NCBI GenBank assembly: GCA_050949315.1
Contig: JBMNFL010000001.1
Span: forward strand, 192,001 to 256,000
Reading direction: 5' to 3'
DNA from: Bacilli bacterium
Lineage (GTDB): Bacteria > Bacillota_I > Bacilli_A > RFN20 > UBA1709
Length of the DNA: 64,000 nt
The notes under the pieces were generated by a model, which ran no database searches, was not told the DNA's origin, and saw only the letters and a program-made list of their open reading frames with translations. The position numbers and the translations under genes are program-made. This document shows positions 8,715 through 20,188 of this stretch, in pieces; within the stretch, counting starts at the first letter, position 1; each line of letters begins with the position of its first letter.

Positions 8715-9834
8715 TGTTAGGTTGCAAATGATGTGAGACGTTTCTTACATCTTATCTCACCAGTAGTTTGAACCAATTCAATTAACTTTTCAAGTTCCAC
8801 TTCATTAGGTGTTTTAAATTTAAGAACAAGCTTAGGTAAATTGTTGTATCTTTTGTTCCATAATTTACCTTGATATCTAAGATCATCGAGGGAATAAAAT
8901 TTTAAATGTTTATAGAATTTATCTTGATCAATTCGATGACTTCTTTCTACCTTACCATTATGTTGGGGGGTTCTAGGCCTTATCAAGTGATGATTTATAT
9001 GGTTTGTTCTACAAAATCTTTCTAAATAGTTTTCATATTTTCTAACATTCACGCCCTTATTTTTGCGGCGAACTTTATCAGTGAATTCCACACCATTGTC
9101 TGTTTGAATTTCCTTTGGAAAACAACCTATTTTCTTATAAGCGAAGATCAAAGCCTGAACACTTTCATACATTGAATGTTCGGCCGTGAAATAAAGAACT
9201 CTTTTTCGTGAACATTCATCTAAGATAGTGTATTGATAAAATCGACCTTCCAAACTATCAATTTTGCATTCTTTGGGAACATATTTAACATCCATTTGCC
9301 ATTTTTCATGAACCATTTTGGGCGTATGGTATTGTTTGTCATGCTTTTTAGGATTTGGTTTGTAGGGAACAAATTCTTCATTTCTTTTAAAGGTTCTTAG
9401 AACACTAGATGGCGAGATATCTATACCATCATGTTTTAATCTAACCCATATTTCAACAAATGATTGATCAGGATTTCTTCTGTGGAGATCTAGTATTCTC
9501 TTAACAATATTCGCTTTTAATTTATTAGGATGATCCGATAAAGGCCTATGTGATCGATTTAATAACGATTCTTTACTTCCATCAAATCGCTTTAACCAAC
9601 GATATAACGAACTCCTTTTAACGTGATAAAAAGATAGAATTTTTCTTATTGGCCAGGACGAAACCGTCCTCCTTAAGCAGGCGTGTAATTTTGTTTCAAT
9701 ATCTACTGGTATATAATTTCTTTCTTGTGTTAAAATATCCATGGGCATCTCCTTCTATATTGGTTCAACTTCATTATAGATAAGATGCCTACTTTTTTTT
9801 ATTAATTTTGTCTCACATCATTTGATATTAAACA
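8715..9834 (-). mobile_element. IS481-like insertion sequence, copy 1 (1,120 bp)
   Basis: TGT...ACA termini; imperfect IRs tgttaggttgcaaatgatgtgagac / tgtttaatatcaaatgatgtgagac; encodes a DDE transposase; flanked by a 25-bp direct repeat. Confidence 0.93.
8717..9748 (-). CDS. DDE (rve integrase core) transposase, IS481-like
   Basis: N-terminal HTH (SSLYRWLKRF), WQMDVK, IQTDNGVEF, PRTPQHNGKVERSHR. Confidence 0.93.
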   Translation of the reverse strand: MPMDILTQERNYIPVDIETKLHACLRRTVSSWPIRKILSFYHVKRSSLYRWLKRFDGSKESLLNRSHRPLSDHPNKLKANIVKRILDLHRRNPDQSFVEIWVRLKHDGIDISPSSVLRTFKRNEEFVPYKPNPKKHDKQYHTPKMVHEKWQMDVKYVPKECKIDSLEGRFYQYTILDECSRKRVLYFTAEHSMYESVQALIFAYKKIGCFPKEIQTDNGVEFTDKVRRKNKGVNVRKYENYLERFCRTNHINHHLIRPRTPQHNGKVERSHRIDQDKFYKHLKFYSLDDLRYQGKLWNKRYNNLPKLVLKFKTPNEVELEKLIELVQTTGEIRCKKRLTSFAT

Positions 9835-9859
9835 GATGGAACTCCCGTAGATTATTTTA
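9835..9859 (+). repeat. 25-bp target site duplication, right copy
   Basis: gatggaactcccgtagattatttta, identical to 8690-8714. Confidence 0.95.
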
Positions 9860-12800
9860 ATGTCAATGAAGATGATATCCAAATAATGTATAAAACCGAT
9901 CGCCATTTCAACGATGGCTTTTTATGCTTTGCCGATTCAGAAAATGAAGAACCAATCAGTAAATACCTAAGTGTTGATAATATAAAAGACTATCAAGATT
10001 TGTATTTTGTTAATCCCAAAAATACCACAGGAACCATTGAGATTGTCTATGTTGTTAATGGAACAGATAGAATCATCCATGTGGAAGAAAGAAAAAAGGG
10101 GCTCAATGAATTAGAATCATATACTCCAGATTTAAGCGCTTTGGGCGTCCAAGGTTATAAGCTTTCTGATAGCGCGCCTTCCTCATTAGTTTATGATTTC
10201 AATAAAAAGGTTGTCAGATATGTCGAAATGGATAATGAAAAATGGGCGACCGTTACTATTGATTATGATAATGGGGCACCACTTCAAACCATTCCGGTAT
10301 TAAAAGGCGATGTGGTGGCACATCCTGGCGTCATACCAACAAAGGAATCAGTAGATCAAAATACCACATACAGATTCTTAGGCTTCCAAAAAGAAGGAGA
10401 GGCTGGTAAGTATAATTTTGACGATGTAGTAGAATCTAGTTTCAAATTAAAAGCTACACACGAGAAACAAGAAGGTGTGGATGTATTAGATAATGATCCT
10501 AGTTATGTAAAGGTAACTATCAAATATGTAGATGTCGATGATAGTAGCAATCCTTTGTATTCAACCGATATCCGAAGAGAGAAAAATACGGTTGAAAGTT
10601 TTGACATTCACTATTTAACTGGTTATAGCCCAGTCGATAGTTTTACCAATAATCAAGTTGAAGTTACCTTTGATAGTGATAAAGTCATCGAAATTAAATT
10701 AAAGAAAGAAAATAATATTATCGTTGCTTTTGATTTTGATAATGGACAAAAAACATATGCGAATTTCAGTGTTGGCGATAAAGTGATTTTACCTACACAA
10801 ACACCAGAAAAACCAAAAATAGGTAATAAGACCTTTACTTTTAAATACTGGTCCTTAGACGGCGAGAATAAATTTGATGAAGAAACCATGCTTACTAGGA
10901 ATATAGAGTTAATAGCCGTATATGAAGTTACGACAAGTACTGAAGAAAACGGCAGTATCAAAATTGTCTTTAAAGATGTTGATACGAATGAAGATATCCA
11001 AAACCCGATGTTAAAAGAAGGGCTTTTAAATAGTTTTGAATCAATAATAATTCCCGAAGTTGATGGCTATGTATTTGATGGGACAGAAGAGTTGATTGCT
11101 GTCCAATATACTACACCAACTAGGGTTTATGTTCTTTCATATAAAAAACTTGCAGTCATTGAAGAGAATGAAAGTAGAATTATCTTTAAGTTTGTTGATG
11201 TAGATAGAATTCGTTTACTACACGTTGAGGAAATTGTGGGTGAGATTGGCACGAGTAGAGAATATACTAATACCTTTACTAAAGAGGGTTATGAATTAGT
11301 AGACCCAAGTCAAACAAGCATCAATGTCACTTTTGAAAGCGAGTCAAAGATAATCAAAATAAATTACAAAATAAAAGAGGCTGGGTCATATACTATCATA
11401 TTCAACTCTAATGGTGGGAGAGGAAATATTCCCAATATTGTGGCTGATGAAGATCAAGAAGTAACTCTTACTAAAAACGTTTTTACTAAGGATGGCTATA
11501 AATTTATCGGTTGGAGTTTGACAGCTGATGGTGAGGTTGTCCATGCCGATGAAGCTAAAGTCACTAATCTTACCACAGGAACTAACGTTACTCTATATGC
11601 CAAGTGGGAAGCTAATAAATATACAATTAAATTTAATAATAATAGTGGAACAGGAAGTATGGAGTCTATCGAGGCTACATATGATAAAAATATAACATTA
11701 ACTAAGAATAGTTTCACTAAGAGTGGCTTTAATTTTGGAGGCTGGAGTAGGGATGGCTCTAGCGAAGCCGAATTCTATGATGAAGATGAAGTTAAAAATT
11801 TAACTACCCAGACTGAGGTAACCTTATATGCTGTGTGGATCAATATCGGTCTAGTTAACTATACTGAAGAAATATATCTTGAAAAAATTGATTCGCCAGT
11901 AGACAAGGTAGACTATACCGTAGCCGATTTCTTACTAGATAGTGACAAAACTAAGGTGTATCAGGGTTTAGCAGATGCTATTGCTACGGCTAAGACCACT
12001 TCTTTAGAAGGCTTTGCCATTAAAGATGAACTATCTATTAAGACAGGAACCATTAAAGCTGATGGTAGTTTAGTATTGAAACTATACTTTGTAAGGAATA
12101 GAGGCAATGTCAATTATCAATTTGATTCAGGTAGTCATCAAGTAAGGCTTAAATACGGCGATACCATAACTAAACATTTCAGTGATTTAGATCCCCAAAT
12201 TCAAAAGCCTAATTTCAAGGTAGCTGGTTGGACATGTAATGGTGCGGATTATAGCTTTGGTGAGACAATGGGTCTTGATGATATTACACTTAAGGCCAAA
12301 TATCAAAGAAATAAATGGCAGGTAAGATTTAACTGCAAAGTTGAAGAAGTGGATGGAAGTTTTGTTGATAGAGCAGTTAGTGATAATAATTTCTATGCTA
12401 GTAGTGCTTCTGTAAGCTACACCTATAATGTAGCTGGTTTTGAAGTTGAAACATTCTATTACACAGTTCCTATGGCTTATAGTTCTGAAGATGAGATAAT
12501 AGATGTTACAGTTGGAGCCGATAAGAATATTAATAGGAAGAGTGTAAATGTAAAATATGAATTAGAAGGGGTTGGGGCTTTAACTTCAGGCTCCCTGCCT
12601 GCTACTACAAGATATAAGTATGAAGAAGAAGTCACCCTTCCAACAGGACTGGCGGCTACTGGTTATAATTTTGCGGGTTTCTTTAAAGGCGCCCAACAAG
12701 TATCTGGTTCATTTAGTATAAGTGTTGCTGACTGTAATGAGCCCACAGGTACAGTGGTTATTAAGGTTAGATTCTCGGAATTTGAAAGTGTTCCTTACGA

Positions 12801-13989
12801 TATTGTTTACTATAAAGAGTTAGGCAATGTGGATGCCAAAATAGATGAAAGCACTTATTCTAAAGACACACATTTCACTCAGAGTGATTCAACCACTCTA
12901 ACGGCCACTATAGATAGTCAGGTTACATTAGATATCTCAACACCAGAGTTTATGAATAAATACGCGGGTTTCACACCCAAGAATCTATCAATATCTGTTC
13001 ATAGTGGTACGGCTGGAAAGGGTGCAGATAGGTTAACCTTAGAGGTATTTTATGTTAGAGATAGACATAAGGTGTTATTTGATTTAGATGGCGGTAGTTC
13101 TGGTATTGAGGAATTAGAATATACCTATAAGTATGAAGATGTCATTAGCAATCATTTTGCCACCGACTTACCTACTAAAGAAAACTATGCATTTAAGCAC
13201 TTTACGGATATTAGCGGTAGTGGTGCCTTTGCCTTTGGTACGGCCCAAATGGCTAATGAAGACATCAACTTAAAAGCCATCTATGAAAGAAACAAGTGGA
13301 AAATAACCTATAGTTACCAAGAAGAGTTAGTTAATGGAACGTATTCGCAAACAAAATACGTTACAAGCACTGAGTTTTATTCAAAGAGTGATACCTTTAA
13401 CGAAACTTTAACAAAAGCTGGCTTTACATCAGTCAATATCTCAATCCAAATACCAGCGGATTATAGTGATTTTACTAATGATACCTATAGTCATGACACC
13501 ATATATAAGCTTAATAGAAAGACAGTAGAGCTTAAGTTTGTTGATGGCGAGCCTCTAGTTCCCTTTACAACCGGTTCGCTACCACAAGATACAGTATACA
13601 AATTTGGTCAAACTTATAATCTACCAGTACTTGCTAAAGAAGGCTATACCTTTGATGGTTATAAATCAAGTGTTACCAGCACTTATTACACAGCTGGCAA
13701 CTATGTGGTAGGACTTACTGATGTCGAATCAGCTAGTATTACCTTTACAGCAGAGTTTACAGCCTTACCCTTAGATAGAGGCATAACTCTACAATATCAA
13801 TATCAGAAAGGTCCAGGAGATTGGGTTACAATAGATACTGAGACCCTTGCTGGCTATGATAATGAAACTAGAACAGTCACCTTAAAAGAGTTTGATGAGT
13901 TTGATTTAGTTGGCGCAGCTACTTTAGAGGTAGTATTCGATCAAGCGAGTAAAACGCAGAGAGTAGAAGTTAAAAAGGATGCAACTAAA

Positions 13990-16900
13990 TGGACTAAAAT
14001 CACCTTTAAGGCTGGTCCTAATTCAAGTGTGGAGACCACTGAGTTTGAGGTAGTAATCGATCGTCCATTTAACGGACTTCATCAACCGACGATTAATCCA
14101 CCAAAGATTAATCCAGATGAAGGCTATAAGAATATGGATGATCCGGCTGATAATTGGAGTCCAAAATTTGAAGCGGATGGACAGGTTTCTGGCCCCCAAA
14201 CATTTACCGCCCAAGTTCAAGTAGATAGCGATTCGACCTATAAATATACCGTTAACTACTTAGAACAAGGTGAAGATGGGAACACCGTGCGTACTGCTAA
14301 GACTGGATACCATGAGGTAGGAACCTTAGACTTAGGTTCACATCCAACTATTGCCGGTTATAACTGTGTGACAGGTACTACTACATTGACAATCACAACC
14401 AATCCTGCCTCCAACGTTTTAAATGTTTATTATGAAAAGAATCCTGCTCAATGGACAAAGTTAACCGTAGTGGTTGGCAATAAAGGAACCAACCCCAGCA
14501 CCACAGAATATGATGTAATTAAGAATCATCCATTAGGTGGCGATAATCAACCAAAGATTACCTTCCCAACAAGTGTAACTGCTGTTGCTGGTTATAAAGT
14601 TCATAATACACAACCATGGAGTCCAGCCTATGATCCGAATGAAGAATTAACAGGTCCCAAAGTAATTAATGCGAATATAGTTGAAGATCCCGATCAATGG
14701 ACAACATTAACCTTTGTTATTGGCGATAAAGCAACTGCTTCAGGCACTTTGAAATATGATGTTATTAAGGGCATTTCATTAAGTGGTGCAAACCAACCAA
14801 AGATCACTTTGCCGACTATTACTTCTGTTGCTGCTGGTTATAAAGTTCATGATACAAAACCGTGGGATCCAGCCTATAATTCAACTGAAGTTTTAACAGG
14901 CCCTAAGACAATTAATGCTAATATAGTTGTTGATCCTGATCAGTGGGTTGATATTGAGTTTGTGGCAGGACCCAATTCAACGGTAACTAAAACTCAATTT
15001 AAAGTAATTAAGAATCTTTCCTTTGAGGGAGCAAATCAACCAAGTGTTAATCCACCAGAAATTAGTCCAGCTACTGGTTATAAGAAGATGGATAGTTTAG
15101 CTGATTATTGGAGTCCAAAATTTGAAGCGGATGGACAAGTTTCTGGACCACAAACATTTACTGCTCGAGTTCAAGTAGATAAAGATCAAAAATTCTCATA
15201 TACCGTTAACTACTTAGAACAAGGTAATGATAGTAATGTACTACATGTTCCTATGACAACTGGAACCCATCATGTAGGAACCTTAGACTTAGGTTCACAT
15301 CCAACCATTGCCGGTTATAATTGTGTAACAGGTACTACGATGACAATTACAGCAGATTCATCCTTAAACGTCTTAAATGTTTATTATGAAAAGAATCCCG
15401 CCCAGTGGACAAAGTTGACTGTAGTGGTTGGCAATAAAGGAACCAATCCTAGCACCACAGAATATGATGTAATTAAGAATCATCCATTAGGTGGAGATAA
15501 TCAACCAAAGATCACTTTCCCAAGTGTCACTGCTGTTGCTGGTTACAAAGTTCACGATACACAACCGTGGAGCCCGGCCTATGATTCGACTGAACAATTA
15601 ACAGGGCCCAAGACAATTAATGCTAATATAGTTGAAGATCCCGATCAATGGACAAAGTTAACTGTAGTGGTTGGCAATAAAGGAACCAATCCTAGCACAA
15701 CAGAATACAATGTAATTAAGAATCATCGGCTAGATGGGGCTAATCAACCAAAGATTACCTTCCCAACAAATGTAACTGCTGTTGCTGGTTATAAAGTTCA
15801 CGATACACAACCATGGAGCCCAGCCTATGATCCGGCTGAACAATTAACAGGGCCCAAAACAATTAGTGCTAATATAGTTATTGATCCGGATCAATGGGTT
15901 ACTATTGAGTTTAAGGCAGGACCCAATTCAAGTGTGGATACCACTCAATTTACGGTGATTAAGAATCATTCCTTTAAGGGTGCAAATCAACCAAGTGTTA
16001 ACCCACCAAAGATTAATCCAGATGAAGGCTATAAGAATATGGATGATCCGGCTGATGATTGGAGTCCAAAATTTGAAGCGGATGGACAGGTTTCTGGTCC
16101 CCAAACATTTACCGCCCAAGTTGAAGTAGATAGCGGTTCAACCTATAAATATACCGTTAACTACTTAGAACAAGGTGAAGATGGGAACACCGTGCGTACT
16201 GCTAAGACTGGATACCATGAGGTAGGAACCTTAGACTTAGGTTCACATCCAACTATTGCCGGTTATAATTGTGTAACAGGTACTACGATGACAATTACAG
16301 CAGATTCATCCTTAAACGTCTTAAATGTTTATTATGAAAAGAATCCCGCCCAGTGGACAAAGTTGACTGTAGTGGTTGGCAATAAAGGAACCAATCCTAG
16401 CACCACAGAATATGATGTAATTAAGAATCATCCATTAGGTGGAGATAATCAACCAAAGATCACTTTCCCAAGTGTCACTGCTGTTGCTGGTTACAAAGTT
16501 CACGATACACAACCGTGGAGCCCGGCCTATGATTCGACTGAACAATTAACAGGGCCCAAGACAATTAATGCTAATATAGTTGAAGATCCCGATCAATGGA
16601 CAAAGTTAACTGTAGTGGTTGGCAATAAAGGAACCAATCCTAGCACAACAGAATACAATGTAATTAAGAATCATCGGCTAGATGGGGCTAATCAACCAAA
16701 GATTACCTTCCCAACAAATGTAACTGCTGTTGCTGGTTATAAAGTTCACGATACACAACCATGGAGCCCAGCCTATAATGCAACTGAAGTTTTAACAGGA
16801 CCTAAAGAGATTCATGCTAATATAGTTGTTAATCCAGGTCAATGGGTTACTATTAAATTTGTGGCTGGAGAAAATTCAACGGTAACTACCACTGAATTTT

Positions 16901-17091
16901 CGGTGATTAAGAATCTTTCCTTTGAGGGAGCAAATCAACCAAGTGTTAATCCACCAACGATTAATCCAGCGGCTGGTTATAAGATAACAAATAATCCGGC
17001 CCAAGATTGGGATCCTGGATTTACAGCTGATATGCAGGTTTCTGAACCTCAAACATTTACTGCTAAAGTGGTTTTAGATCCGGATCAATGG
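13990..17091 (+). repeat. Intragenic nested tandem repeats (three ~950-bp super-units plus a partial fourth)
   Basis: Units begin near 13990, 14944, 15895 and 16843; each is domain A + MucBP-like domain B + two C domains (WTKLTVVVGNKGTNPSTTEY...); long near-identical DNA stretches. Confidence 0.9.
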
Positions 17092-18685
17092 CGTAATGTA
17101 ATTGTTAAACATATTGGTCAAGATTTAAGTGGTAATTATACGGTGACATTAAAGACGGAACCTACAGTTAACGTAGTAATTGGTAGTGAAGTAAATCTTA
17201 CTTCTGATAGCTTTACAGGCTTTACTTATGATACATCAAATCCTGCTACCTATACAGTAACTGATGGCGCCTCTCCTCAAACAGTAAATATTAATTATTC
17301 TAGAAATAAACACACTATTACCTTTGATCCTACTGATGGCTCTCCAACTCCAAATGCCATGACTGATGTGTATTATGATCAAGGTGTTTTAAACAGTTTA
17401 GTTGTAAGTCCAGCTCCCACAAGGACTGGTTATACATTAGATGGTTGGACTATTAATGATACAGGAACAAAATTAACAGCGGCTTATAAGATGCCAGATG
17501 AAAATATTACTTTAAAAGCCATTTGGAAAGCTAAAACTTATAAAGTAATATTCCATAGTAATTATGGTGATGGTACTGATAATACTACAGAACAAACGAT
17601 AACTTATGATGTACCTACACGTCTAGATCAAAATTCATTTAATAAAACAGGCTATGGATTTACAGGGTGGGCCACTACGGCTACTGGTGATAAGGAATAT
17701 GATGACAATCATCGCGTAACAAACTTGTCAACAGGCGAGGATTATGACCTGTATGCAGTATGGGAGTTTCTAGGTTACGATGTAACACTCAATCTTAATG
17801 GTGGCAGTATTGCTGGCGAAGCTGGGGATCCAGTAATAAAACAAGTTAAAGAATTCCCATATACGTTGCCTAATGCAACTAAGTACATAAGTGATAATAC
17901 ATACTATGAATTCTTAGGCTGGTATAACACAAACGATACTACTGGAACTAGGTATACAATTTTGACAGATCCTCAAAAATATACTCTGTATGCCATATGG
18001 GGTAATGTGGTTTATCACGTTGGAGAATATCCACAAACCAAAGTTACTGATGCTACTTTAATAACTGCATTAAATGGTTGTGAAGTAACAACTTCACAGC
18101 AAACAGTAGCTACATCAAAACCAGGTTATTCTCACTTAGAAGAATGGTATACCGTTGAATACGGTGGTAATAAATATGAAAAAGTAGGGGATGACTACTT
18201 TAAATACGAACCTATAGTATGTTATAAACTATCAAACGGATTGTATTATTCTAAATATGTTATAGATTCACAAGTCTTTGACTATGACTACGGCAACACA
18301 AAAGATTATAATAACAGTTATGTTAAGAGATATCTTGAAAATGTGTTTAAAGTAAAAGCAGGACTATCTTCAGCAAGACTATTTTCAAAACCGGAATTAT
18401 TGAATTCATCAGACTTTCCAGATCCTGATGCAAGAAAAGCAACCCAAACGGATTATGCAAATGCAGCATGGTACGGCTATAGAAGTAAAATAACAGAGTG
18501 GAGCACTGTTTATCATAGTGTATACAACTATTGGACAAGTACTGGGAGCTCATATTATTCCAATGGTGTGTGTTCTATCTATTCTGACGGTGGTATTGAT
18601 GATGGTTATTATGGCACCGGCCATTCATTAGGCTTACGGGTAATAGTAAGTGCTTAAAACCATGTCAATAAAATCGGAAATTAAA

Positions 18686-18731
18686 CCCATCAATACAAAT
18701 CACAACGTCTTTTGGCGTTGTGATTGATGGG
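18686..18731. other. Stable hairpin downstream of the giant gene (terminator or cruciform)
   Basis: aatcacaacgtc-tttt-ggcgttgtgatt extended by cccatc/gatggg; no 3' T-tract on the + strand. Confidence 0.6.
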
Positions 18732-18871
18732 GGAATAAAAACAAAGAATGATTGCTGCTCTCAAAATAAGAGAGTATAAATTCAGTTTAATCTCTGACAT
18801 AGGGAAATTGATTATCTATGTGTTTTTGTGTTAAAAACTTTATAATAAAAACATTGCCTAAACCTTTGATT

Positions 18872-18898
18872 TATTGATGTTTAAATTCTTTTTTGGTT
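18872..18898 (+). repeat. Right copy of imperfect 27-bp direct repeat bounding the trmH-pheS insert
   Basis: 24/27 identity to 6600-6626. Confidence 0.55.
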
Positions 18899-18937
18899 GC
18901 ATTAAGGGGTACTATCAATTATAATTAAGACCGTAAA

Positions 18938-19131
18938 ACGTTGATGGGACTTAAGTATTGCCAGAACAGGGATAGATAGTGAGTGAGAATATCTAAAAGG
19001 CCAAGAAATTCACCCCGGAGTGCTACTAATACTAGCCGTTAACCGCGTTAAGGTAATTAAGAGCATAGACGCTGTCTATGAAGTAGGATGGTACCGCGAG
19101 CAATCGTTCCTAGTTTATTAGGAACTTTTTT
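18938..19131 (+). promoter_or_regulatory. T-box riboswitch (Phe)
   Basis: Specifier TTC at 19009-19011 (gaaattcacccc), T-box aggatggtaccgcg at 19085-19098, terminator gttcctag...taggaactttttt. Confidence 0.9.
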
Positions 19132-19151
19132 CTTTAAAAGGAGTAGATGCT

Positions 19152-20180
19152 ATGTTAGAACTGCAATTAGAAGAAATGCTTAAAGAGATTGAAAAAGCAA
19201 GTGATTTAAGGGAACTTAATGATTTAAGGGTAAAGTTATTAGGCCGTAAAAGTGCTTTGCAACAGGCCCTAGGTCAAATGGGTAAAATGCCGGCTGCTGA
19301 ACGAGCCTCTTTTGGTCAAAAAATCAACGAGCTTAAGAAAAAATTAACTGATGAAATTAATAAGCGCCAAGAAGTCTTAGAAGATGTAGCTCTTAAAGAA
19401 AAACTAGAAAGCGAAGAGATTGATCTCAGTCTACCGGGTTATGAAAAAGATGTCGGATCTAAGGCTATTATTAAGGCGGTTATTGATGAAATAACCGATG
19501 TCTTAATTGGTATGGGCTATGTGGTTGAAGAAGGTCCAGAAATTGAAAATGATCACTTTAACTTTGAGATGTTAAATGTTCCTAAAGATCATCCAGCCCG
19601 CGATATGCAGGATAGTTTTTATTTGAGTGATACCCTATTACTGAGAACCCAAACTTCGCCAGTCCAGGCAAGAACGATGCTAGAGTGTCAAGGACAAGGT
19701 CCGATTAAAATGATTTGCCCGGGCAAGGTTTATCGCCGTGATGATGACGATGCGACTCATTCGCATCAGTTTACCCAGATTGAGGGTTTAGTGGTCGATA
19801 AGAATATCACGATGGGTGATTTAAAGGGTACTCTAGAGTTATTGGCTAAATGGATGTTTGGACCGAAAAGAGAGATCCGTTTCCGCTCATCTTTCTTCCC
19901 CTTTACCGAACCATCGGTGGAAGTTGATGTCTCTTGTTTTAACTGTGACGGGAAAGGTTGCAATATTTGTAAGGGCACGGGTTGGATTGAAATCTTAGGT
20001 GCTGGCGTGGTGCATCCTAATGTTTTAAAGATGAGTGGCTTTGATCCTGAAGTCTATACCGGCTTTGCTTTTGGGATTGGGGTAGAAAGAATTGCCATGT
20101 TGAAATATGGCATTGATGACATCCGCTATCTTTACATGAATGATAAGAGAATTGCCAAGCAGTTCGTTAAGGAAGGTTAG
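19152..20180 (+). CDS. pheS: Phenylalanine-tRNA ligase alpha subunit
   Basis: [38 protein letters not shown]. Confidence 0.98.
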   Translation: MLELQLEEMLKEIEKASDLRELNDLRVKLLGRKSALQQALGQMGKMPAAERASFGQKINELKKKLTDEINKRQEVLEDVALKEKLESEEIDLSLPGYEKDVGSKAIIKAVIDEITDVLIGMGYVVEEGPEIENDHFNFEMLNVPKDHPARDMQDSFYLSDTLLLRTQTSPVQARTMLECQGQGPIKMICPGKVYRRDDDDATHSHQFTQIEGLVVDKNITMGDLKGTLELLAKWMFGPKREIRFRSSFFPFTEPSVEVDVSCFNCDGKGCNICKGTGWIEILGAGVVHPNVLKMSGFDPEVYTGFAFGIGVERIAMLKYGIDDIRYLYMNDKRIAKQFVKEG

Positions 20181-20188
20181 GTGTTCTT

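Larger units (their letters stand above)
9835..18657 (+). pseudogene. 3' part of giant surface protein/adhesin: InlB-B/Listeria-Bacteroides repeats, MucBP-like repeats, C-terminal DUF6273/CLec-like domain
   Basis: Frame open from 9835 (DGTPVDYFNVNEDDIQI) into the 2923-aa ORF at 9886; YTIIFNSNGG..FTKDGYKFIGWS..TLYAKW repeats; the intact allele would be about 3,069 aa; no clear SD before ATG 9886. Confidence 0.85.

Noticed and set aside
8228-8731. 167-aa ORF treated as an independent gene
   Set aside because: It is the 5' fragment of the giant gene; its last residues (MLGCK) are read from the IS end, and the real start is probably ATG 8303.
13990-17091. Long repeats as a possible CRISPR array or DGR template
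   Set aside because: The repeats are in-frame protein domains hundreds of bp long, without unique spacers or adenine-specific mismatches; no cas genes are present.
18658-18937. Possible DGR template repeat downstream of the giant gene
   Set aside because: No similarity to the 18530-18657 segment was seen here or in the other intergenic regions I inspected, and no RT gene is in the window.
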